This document shows positions 10,291 to 17,070 of a stretch of 24,000 nt of DNA, one piece after another. The DNA is from Cyanobacteria bacterium P01_A01_bin.123 (GTDB lineage Bacteria > Cyanobacteriota > Cyanobacteriia > Phormidesmidales > Phormidesmidaceae), in contig JBCBZT010000036.1 in the NCBI GenBank assembly GCA_039815185.1, positions 50,584-74,583 of the forward strand, read 5' to 3'. Each line of letters starts with the position of its first letter. Positions within the stretch are counted from its first letter, which is position 1. The notes beneath the pieces were generated by a model. It made no database searches. It was not told where the DNA came from and was given only the letters and a program-made list of their open reading frames with translations. The translations under genes and the position numbers were made by a program.

Positions 10291-10404
10291 CTGGTTCCCG
10301 GTGGTGCGCCGCTAGAGTTCTTCAAAGAAACCATTGTTCGTATCAAAGCCTATAAGAAGCGCAGTCTGAATAACGGACGTTTAGTGCGATTGTTCGCTTT
10401 GTAG
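10291..10404 (+). pseudogene. Orphan 3'-terminal fragment of a dsbA-like gene (37 codons plus stop)
   Basis: 10291-10322 is identical over 32 nt to dsbA 8097-8128 (ctggttcccggtggtgcgccgctagagttctt). The next ~60 nt are diverged but alignable. It translates LVPGGAPLEFFKETIVRIKAYKK..., compared with LVPGGAPLEFFEEAVIRIQEHNE... in the intact gene. There is no upstream dsbA body. Confidence 0.65.
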
Positions 10405-10661
10405 GATGCATTGCGACAAATCAATCCGTTAACTAGGAATACGCGTTTTGGGTTGGTATTGCAATTATATTCACCACAATCTGGTGCGGCATGGGTTGTG
10501 CAAAGGTTTAAGGACATGGTCATATATCAGCTTTCAGTGATTTATTAGCGATGGTGTCTATCTGCCAGATTAGGAGTAAGGGTAGAACCGAAAAAGCCTG
10601 CGGGGTTTTGGGATATTTGACTTGATGCATCGCGACACGTTCTACGCGATGAAGCGATCGC

Positions 10662-13488
10662 GCTTGATCCAGTAATTTTCGGGGTTGAGGGTTCATAGGT
10701 GGTAGATGCAGCACATGATCCTAACTTTGACATGCATAAATTGAGACCTACGGATAAACCTGGGTGACTATACTGTGACACCTTCAATATATCTACTCAA
10801 TGTCGATCCGATAAGAGTTAAACCTCTTGGCCTGAGCGTTATTGGCAACTCCTGCACATCAAATTCGTTAGCATACGTGCAACATTCAATACAAGAGGCT
10901 ATGATCGTGGGCAATTTTGAAGGCTTCCTCACAGAACATGTTAACCAGGAATGAGCTTTGGGATAAATTCGCAAATTATGAAAATTTTCTATTGGCTTGG
11001 CAAAGAACCGTAAATGTCACCAGCCGAATGGTTCATGAAAAGCTAGGAATGGAAATATTTGCATATAATCTCCAATCTAATCTTGAAGATTTGGTGCAGC
11101 AGGTCAAATCAGAAGATTTCCCTTACTCGCCTCTTGCTGATCACAAAGTTTACCTCCCAAAGCCATCGACTACTCTACGCACTATGTCATTGATGGCTGT
11201 TCCAGATGTAATTGTGTATCAAGCACTAGTTAATGTGATTGCTGATCACTCTCATTTTCACCTTGTAAGTCATGAAAATGAACACGTTTTAGGAAACCTT
11301 TATGCAGGAACCGGAAGGCGTTGGATGCTACAGCCATGGAAGCGCCAATATTCCAGGTTTGTAAAGCGCGTTGAGAAGTTATACGGCATTGGGAATTCTT
11401 GGATTGCCTCAACAGATATAGTGGCTTTTTATGACACTATTGATCATGAGAGACTATTGAGTCTAATTCGACAATATTGTGGCAAAGAAGATAAGTTTGA
11501 GAGCCTTTTTCGCCAATGTTTGTCCAAGTGGTCAGCACATAATGCAACTTCTACTATGGGTCGAGGTATCCCACAAGGTAGCAATGCATCTGACTTCCTT
11601 GCCAATCTATATTTACATGGAATAGATTGTAAGCTTATCTCTAGCGGATACCATTACATTCGATATGTTGATGATGTCAGAATTCTTGGGCCAGATAAAT
11701 CAACTGTTCAGCGTGGTCTTATATTATTTGATCTTGAACTAAAGTGTGCTGGATTGGTAGCCCAAGTTTCAAAAACAAGCGTTCATGAAATTGAAGATAT
11801 AGAGAAAGAAGTTTCGCGGCTCAGATTTATAATCACCGATCCAACTGGTACAGGTGAATATATTCTTCTTGAGACGCCTTCTCTACCTACTAGTGAGCAG
11901 GCTGGATCAGTCGAAAGCTTGGTAGAAAACACACCAAGTGAGCAAACAGAGTTTGAACAAAACGAATCGTGTAAAGATTGCCCTGATGAAGAGGAGGAAG
12001 GCTATGTTCCAGATCAAAATATTGATATACATGAATACAAATCTAAAAAACTTCAGGAACAATTACGCAATAAATTCTTAGAGGCATTTAACTTATTAAA
12101 CGATCTCGCCCGAGCTAAAGAAGCTGAGTCTCACATAACCTTTTGTTTATATCGACTTGAACCTCATATCACACTACGCAGCCAAGCAATTACCTTACTA
12201 TCTAGGTTGCCTTGGCGATCTGAAGCGATATCAGCTTTCTTAGGGCGATTTAAGAGTGATTCTTTTGTCATAGAGGAGTTAAGAAAATTTATATCTGAGC
12301 ATACAGTTTATTCTTGGCATCGTGCCAATACTCTTTGGACGCTATACAAAACAAGTGCAGCTAAGGATGTCGCACCTCAATGCAGGGAATGGTTGGCTAA
12401 TGATCAACTTGATTGGTATGCAAGAACAATTGCAGCAAGAATATTAGCAGAAGTTCCGAGTCAACACTCCTACCTAGTTGAATGCTTAAAAAAAGAGCAG
12501 AACAACACAAATGAAGATGGTGAGGCAACTTCTGTACTCCGTCAGGAATTAGCTTACAGTGCTTTTCGAAGAATAAAATCGTTTAAGAAACAATTAGCAT
12601 TACTACAACTTATTTGTTCAGATAAAAGCCCTATACTTCATCGACTAGCCATTTATATTCTTCAACAGCCTAAGTGCAAAGTAAAGTGGAACGATCTCAA
12701 ATCTTATCATAATAACTTAAGTATACTATCAGGTTTGATTGAGAAATTAGGCATATCAGATGATGTATCAAAGCCTTGCTTTATAGCTGAGACTATAACA
12801 AGAACATATCAAATTTATTTGCCTAAGACTGATCTTCGATTTCTCTATTCAAATCACTATGATAAGGCCATTGAAACTCTACGAGAATCCGTAATCTCTT
12901 TCCAAAAATCTCCTAGTTTATATGTGAGAAGCTTTCACCAATTTACACACACAACACTAATTGCATTTTATGAATATGCCCTTCCTTCAGAAGGAGGGAT
13001 ACGGACTTCGTATTACCACGATCTTATTCACAGAAAAGTATTTAAGGAAAAATGCCCGATTAGTGTGAGTACGTGGGAGAGGCTAAATGAGATGAGAAAC
13101 CTTGTTGATCACCCGATAGACAAGAAAACTCAATCTCATTCCAAAAAAATTACCGTCCAAGAAATTGAGTTTTTGCATAAACAAATTAAGGTGGCTCTTC
13201 AAGAACTCTTTGATTTTTGGTTGAGTATAAAGGTGCCGAAAAGCGATACAGCGACTTCAGATGCTATATTGACATCAGTTGAAGTCAGTACTGAAATAAT
13301 TGAAGCTACCGTAACTACTGTATCCTAGTCATGATGAAGTCTAATAATTCGCTTGGAGCACATTAACAGAAGCTCCTAGTGTATTGCGGTGGCTGTCTAC
13401 AGCTGCTCGAGCAAATCGTTAGGTAGTAGTGGATCTTCCCTTCCAAATCTTTAATTATACTTTCTGATGACGGGAAACTTCCTGTAGT
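10662..13488. other. AT-rich, HIP1-free insert (probable horizontally acquired cargo region) carrying the RT gene
   Basis: No GCGATCGC occurs between the copies at 10654-10661 and 13489-13496, whereas the rest of the window has roughly one per kb by eye. Base composition is visibly more AT-rich than both flanks. The exact borders are not defined, and no integrase or transposase is present. Confidence 0.55.
10938..13328 (+). CDS. Stand-alone reverse transcriptase fused to a HEAT-like helical-repeat region and a HEPN-like C-terminus (AbiA / UG class-1-like; candidate anti-phage RT)
   Basis: RT motifs 1/2: YLPKPSTTLRTMSLMAVPDVIVYQAL (about 11151-11231). Motif A: STDIVAFYDTIDH (Asp at 11415). 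Motif B: GIPQGSNASDFLANLYLHGID (from 11565). Motif C: YIRYVDDVRILG (YVDD at 11664-11675). Motifs D/E: GLILFDLELKCAGLVAQVSKTSV. These are followed by an acidic linker (11838-12035), HEAT-like repeats (e.g. DWYARTIAARILAEVP, SPILHRLAIYILQQP) and RNLVDH at 13095-13112. The track start is TTG 10917; ATG 10938 is more likely. Confidence 0.9.
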   Translation: MLTRNELWDKFANYENFLLAWQRTVNVTSRMVHEKLGMEIFAYNLQSNLEDLVQQVKSEDFPYSPLADHKVYLPKPSTTLRTMSLMAVPDVIVYQALVNVIADHSHFHLVSHENEHVLGNLYAGTGRRWMLQPWKRQYSRFVKRVEKLYGIGNSWIASTDIVAFYDTIDHERLLSLIRQYCGKEDKFESLFRQCLSKWSAHNATSTMGRGIPQGSNASDFLANLYLHGIDCKLISSGYHYIRYVDDVRILGPDKSTVQRGLILFDLELKCAGLVAQVSKTSVHEIEDIEKEVSRLRFIITDPTGTGEYILLETPSLPTSEQAGSVESLVENTPSEQTEFEQNESCKDCPDEEEEGYVPDQNIDIHEYKSKKLQEQLRNKFLEAFNLLNDLARAKEAESHITFCLYRLEPHITLRSQAITLLSRLPWRSEAISAFLGRFKSDSFVIEELRKFISEHTVYSWHRANTLWTLYKTSAAKDVAPQCREWLANDQLDWYARTIAARILAEVPSQHSYLVECLKKEQNNTNEDGEATSVLRQELAYSAFRRIKSFKKQLALLQLICSDKSPILHRLAIYILQQPKCKVKWNDLKSYHNNLSILSGLIEKLGISDDVSKPCFIAETITRTYQIYLPKTDLRFLYSNHYDKAIETLRESVISFQKSPSLYVRSFHQFTHTTLIAFYEYALPSEGGIRTSYYHDLIHRKVFKEKCPISVSTWERLNEMRNLVDHPIDKKTQSHSKKITVQEIEFLHKQIKVALQELFDFWLSIKVPKSDTATSDAILTSVEVSTEIIEATVTTVS

Positions 13489-13506
13489 GCGATCGCTTCT
13501 AGTGCA

Positions 13507-14949
13507 CTAAGGGGCAAACAGCTTCTCTAACTGCTTTTGCACCCAGGCGACCGGATTCGTATCGTAATCATTGTTGATCAACCCAAGCTCTCGCAGGCGG
13601 CGATTTTGCTGGGTGAGTTCTTTTTCGTGGCGACCCATTTCTTTCACGATCAAATCATAAAGGCGGGGCTGGCTTTTTAAAATCTGATTGAAGCCTTGGG
13701 GCGTGATCGCAAATACAGTCGTTTCTTCGACGGCTTCGATAGTGACTGTGCGGGGAATACCGAGCATCAACGAGAATTCACCCACGAACTGTCCTGCTTT
13801 GAGCACCGTGGGGGGGTGCTCGGCGTCATCGATGGTATAGCTCACCGCGCCGGTCAAAATGATATAAAACGCATCACCGGGATCTCCCTTCTTAAACAGC
13901 ACTTCACCCTTGCTCAAACGTCTGCGATAGCCAATTTCCACCAGCTTCCGCAACTCCACTGTGCTGCATTTTTCAATGTAAGGAATCTGACGCAGCAAAT
14001 CTCTGACGGCGACAGGTTTGGGGTAGGTTTCATTGAAGGTTTGAGTCTCCCGATGCATCTGGATATGGCGTTCATAATCTGCCGGAGAGGACTGGACCAC
14101 CAAATTAGGGTTGCGGTGCCAAACGTCATAGCGGGGTGACGCCAGTCGAATGCGGTGCTGCCTCAGGTTTTGATCGATGATGAACCGTAAAGAACTTTCG
14201 GTTTTGTGCTTCAGATCAATGTGATTGATCCAAATCCACAGCACAAAGTCTAAAGAGTTTTCGCCAAAACCCGTGAAATAAACTTCTGGCGGATATTCGT
14301 AAGAGACGGTTGCTTCTAAATATGCCGAATCGAGTAGCGCCTCAATCACCACCACAGGATCGCTTTCGTGGGCAACGCTAACGTAGACAGGCACCCAGCC
14401 TTTGGTGTTGTGATAAGTCCAGTTGATCACATGGGTGCCCACAAGGCTGCTGTTGGGGATGACGATATGCCGTTTGGTAATGGTCTGAATCACCGTAGAA
14501 CGCAGGGAAATTTCGGCAATGTATCCCGAGAGCCCTTCCCACTCTACAAAATCGCCCACTTTAAGCTTTTGTTCGACCAATATGGCGATGCCGCTGGTGA
14601 AGTTGCGAGTCAGATCTTGCAAGCCAAAGCCAATGCCAATGCCCAAGCTACCCACCAAGACGGCAATAGAGGCAAGGTTGATGCCTAGGGCTTGCAGCAA
14701 TATGATGCAAACCATCATCCCTGCCCCGTAGCTGGTAATCGTGGCAATCGATTCACGGGTACCTTGCTTAAATCCTAAGCGTCCTAAAATCTGGTTCGAT
14801 AGTAGACGCTTAAAACCTAGGGAAAACAGCAGCGCCATCAGCAGGGCGAGCATAAACTGCGCGATCGCGCTCAGGGTCAAAGCTGAGCCACCAATGTTGA
14901 GAAATGGCGTGTCCAGCACTTGCTGAAGCGTCTCTAGAAAATTGCCCAT
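13507..14949 (-). CDS. MscS-family mechanosensitive channel with C-terminal cyclic-nucleotide-binding domain
   Basis: N-terminal TM helices and the MscS beta-domain block (GDFVEWEGLSGYIAEISLRSTVIQT...IVIPNSSL). C-terminal cNMP-binding signature (LFKKGDPGDAFYIILTGAV...GQFVGEFSLMLGIPRTVTIEA). Confidence 0.85.
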   Translation of the reverse strand: MGNFLETLQQVLDTPFLNIGGSALTLSAIAQFMLALLMALLFSLGFKRLLSNQILGRLGFKQGTRESIATITSYGAGMMVCIILLQALGINLASIAVLVGSLGIGIGFGLQDLTRNFTSGIAILVEQKLKVGDFVEWEGLSGYIAEISLRSTVIQTITKRHIVIPNSSLVGTHVINWTYHNTKGWVPVYVSVAHESDPVVVIEALLDSAYLEATVSYEYPPEVYFTGFGENSLDFVLWIWINHIDLKHKTESSLRFIIDQNLRQHRIRLASPRYDVWHRNPNLVVQSSPADYERHIQMHRETQTFNETYPKPVAVRDLLRQIPYIEKCSTVELRKLVEIGYRRRLSKGEVLFKKGDPGDAFYIILTGAVSYTIDDAEHPPTVLKAGQFVGEFSLMLGIPRTVTIEAVEETTVFAITPQGFNQILKSQPRLYDLIVKEMGRHEKELTQQNRRLRELGLINNDYDTNPVAWVQKQLEKLFAP

Positions 14950-15140
14950 CGACTCAAAGACCGCGATTACTTTTCCAAGGGAATTATGACAGGCAGGTTG
15001 TGCCGACGGGGGGCAGGGGTAAAACGGTTACCCCTGCAGATCGGCTTGAAGAACGACCCCAAAGATCCAGCTAGCCTCTCTCAATGGTCAGTTGTGAAAA
15101 TGTTAGATTCGAAGCAATGGGTTTTGAGCCAGGTTGTAGT

Positions 15141-15170
15141 GGGGGTGGCTGCGGCGGGGGTGGCTGCGGT
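15141..15170. repeat. 15-bp tandem duplication (gggggtggctgcggc / gggggtggctgcggt)
   Basis: Two adjacent units differing only at the last base, in the intergenic region between mscS and the 15250 ORF. Confidence 0.9.
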
Positions 15171-15249
15171 GAGGGATAGGCAGGTTGTTCTCAGAGCATG
15201 AAAACCAGGATGGATGGCAATTTTTTTACCTTAATACCGATCTAGATCT

Positions 15250-16095
15250 ATGCAGAAATCTGGTTGGGATGCCCGCCGTCGAAATCGCAATATGGGTACT
15301 GCCAAGTCTGGTCATGGCCAAGACAAGCGGCTCACTATCCCAGAGTCATGGGCCGACAACCGTCGCTTTTACGAAAGGCTCCACAACCCAGTTGCACTAG
15401 CACGTGAAATCAACGGACATAGACTTACGTTTCTGATCGAAGCGACGCACGCTGATTTTTGTCATGCCTGCACCCCCCAAGATATTGAACGGGTGCTTGA
15501 GCTGATACCACTGGATCATCTCGCGCCGATCAGACTGATTGTGTTGAGACAGCCGAAGCGTAAAGAACTTATCCTCAATCCGGTTTGGGGGAGGCTCCAG
15601 TATTGGGCTGATATGGGGCCATACTCAGGGCCTGCGATCCACCTCGAAGCACAGCCTGTCAATGCCACCTATCGATGGCCCAAGTCGCTAACCCCAGATC
15701 AGGCACTTGAATTGAACCGTCTCGAACAAGAGGGGCACCAGATTCGCAGCGATCGCCGATATCATCACATCACGAGCAACTTCGAAGCCCTGCGGTATAC
15801 CCAGCTTTATCGCACCACCCCCCATGAGATTGGCCACTATGTCGATTATTTGGAAAGCGTGACGATCCCCGCAGGCGAAGATGTAGTTGAACGGCAGCAG
15901 TTAGACAATCGGTATGCGTCTAAACCCACGAAAGATAAAGAAGACTTCGCCAACCGCTACGCAACTGAGTTCCTGACACAGCAAGTCCAAAGAGGCCGTT
16001 TACCGTTCGATCGATTATTGGATCGTAAACAACTGAAAAAGGCTGGGCTTGATCCTGCATGGTTTAGTCATCCTCATGCGGTTGATCCGCTTTAA
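15250..16095 (+). CDS. Hypothetical protein with an HExxH (zinc-metallopeptidase-like) motif
   Basis: 281-aa ORF with native-looking composition, a basic N-terminus and a single TPHEIGHYVDY motif. I do not recognise the family. The start could instead be the second ATG at 15292. Confidence 0.5.
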   Translation: MQKSGWDARRRNRNMGTAKSGHGQDKRLTIPESWADNRRFYERLHNPVALAREINGHRLTFLIEATHADFCHACTPQDIERVLELIPLDHLAPIRLIVLRQPKRKELILNPVWGRLQYWADMGPYSGPAIHLEAQPVNATYRWPKSLTPDQALELNRLEQEGHQIRSDRRYHHITSNFEALRYTQLYRTTPHEIGHYVDYLESVTIPAGEDVVERQQLDNRYASKPTKDKEDFANRYATEFLTQQVQRGRLPFDRLLDRKQLKKAGLDPAWFSHPHAVDPL

Positions 16096-16846
16096 GCATT
16101 GCCATCCAGGTCATGTCATCCTGACTCAATGAAGGATTAGGGGGTTGTGCATAATCAATCGCTAAATCTAGAGCTGCCTCGGCATAAATTTGGTTTAGGA
16201 GGGCAGCTAAATCAATCACAGGTTCAGGGTCACTTGACCTCAACGGTAATGGAAAGCGAGGGATCGCTTCCCTTAAGTCAAACGGATAGCGAGCTGCTGT
16301 TGGACGGTCGCGGACACAACTGACCAAGATTTGATAATCAGACTTCCGTCCTCCTTCTACTGGCATTGGTTTCCCGGTTCTGAGCAAATCAATTTCAACC
16401 AGATGAGTCGGACTCGATAAGATGCTTTGCCGTTTCTCCAAATATTGAGTACGACCTTCCCCAGCACGTTTGTTCTTGGGGGAAAGCAGCTCAACAACTG
16501 TAACAACTCGGTTTGTTTCCACTTCCCGAATTTCTAAGTAGCGTTCAGTAATTTCTTCGGTCATCGGCACGCTAACACGCTCTGGTTTGCTCAATACAGC
16601 AGTCCGTTGAGCAGCCTCAACCCTAACTGTGGGTCTTTTTTCAAATACTGATGTATCTGGGATACCGACCAAAATGGCATCCAAGTAAACCCTTTTTTCC
16701 ACCGCAGCTCGATATTTAGGGGTTATTTCCAGATTCAGCGTTCTCATCAGAGCACCGATTAGCCCGTAGTGAACCTCTGGCCACAGAGCAGGGTTTTCGA
16801 GATATGGGTTCATGCCTGGAAAAGCAGGTCGATTAGCCATAGTCAT
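16064..16846 (-). CDS. DUF4058-family protein (Uma2/PD-(D/E)xK-like fold suspected)
   Basis: The N-terminus PAFPGMNPYLENPALWPEVHYGLIGAL is the hallmark DUF4058 start. VVELLSPKNK and LVEIDLLR blocks are present. The start is set at ATG 16846 or 16840 (MTMANRP...) rather than the track start at 16906. Confidence 0.7.
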   Translation of the reverse strand: MTMANRPAFPGMNPYLENPALWPEVHYGLIGALMRTLNLEITPKYRAAVEKRVYLDAILVGIPDTSVFEKRPTVRVEAAQRTAVLSKPERVSVPMTEEITERYLEIREVETNRVVTVVELLSPKNKRAGEGRTQYLEKRQSILSSPTHLVEIDLLRTGKPMPVEGGRKSDYQILVSCVRDRPTAARYPFDLREAIPRFPLPLRSSDPEPVIDLAALLNQIYAEAALDLAIDYAQPPNPSLSQDDMTWMAMLKADQPHEDD

Positions 16847-16991
16847 GCGATCGCGCCTAATACTTGCTCTTATTCTATCGATGCGGCATCCGATGACGTT
16901 GTTCAAGCCAAACGCGAATTTCGGTGTCTATTCTACTCATCCCCTCCACCGTAAGCAGTCTTAATTAGACAAACAAACAGTTGATTGCATT

Positions 16992-17018
16992 GCATCTATC
17001 AGGGAAGTTGATAGATGC
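16992..17018. promoter_or_regulatory. Candidate LysR-type (T-N11-A) operator upstream of the LysR gene
   Basis: Perfect 10-bp inverted repeat gcatctatca-N7-tgatagatgc, 53 bp upstream of ATG 17071. The inner TCA-N7-TGA fits T-N11-A. Confidence 0.35.
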
Positions 17019-17070
17019 GATCGTTCATCACCTGCCACAATGCGGATATTGAAAGTGGGATAGGTTTGCA

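Noticed and set aside
10472-10572. Possible degenerate third copy of the structured repeat (caatctgg at 10478, ccagatt at 10565, caaag nearby)
   Set aside because: Only 7-8-nt word matches, in the wrong relative order, and no alignable hairpin module. This is insufficient.
10520-10974. Three minus-strand ORFs (64, 80 and 68 aa) upstream of and overlapping the RT start
   Set aside because: They mutually overlap in different frames, have no motifs or RBS, and one overlaps the RT 5' end. I treat them as chance ORFs in a non-coding leader.
10405-13328. Retron (msr/msd plus RT)
   Set aside because: The protein is more than twice the size of typical retron RTs. It has YVDD rather than the usual YADD context and lacks the VTG-type motif. 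I found no long a1/a2 inverted repeats bracketing an msr-msd-like unit upstream. This cannot be fully excluded without covariance-model searches.
8803-13328. MrpD-like membrane protein as an effector partner of the RT
   Set aside because: The two genes are separated by the dsbA fragment and a ~530-nt leader. They differ in composition (the MrpD-like gene contains HIP1; the RT does not), and there is no operon-like spacing. I treat them as independent acquisitions.
10859-13422. Near-repeat caaattcgttag (10859) / caaatcgttag (13411) flanking the RT ORF at similar distances, considered as possible cassette ends or a TSD
   Set aside because: It is only about 11 nt with an indel. By rough estimate, a chance occurrence in this search space is not negligible, and the surrounding similarity is weak. 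It is worth re-testing computationally but is not reportable as a boundary.
10938-13500. Group II intron-encoded RT
   Set aside because: There is no maturase (X) or endonuclease domain after the RT. The downstream 180 nt lacks a domain V-like 34-nt hairpin with an AGC triad and GNRA loop. The only stem there (cttggagc...gctcctag, about 13363-13390) is short and imperfect. The ORF is not embedded in recognisable intron RNA.
10405-13500. Diversity-generating retroelement
   Set aside because: No template/variable repeat pair (about 100 nt, differing at adenines) is visible anywhere near the RT. There is also no target gene with a C-type-lectin-like 3' end.
15141-15174. G-quadruplex in the G-rich tandem repeat
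   Set aside because: Only three runs of at least three G residues lie within reach, so a canonical four-tract G4 is not supported.
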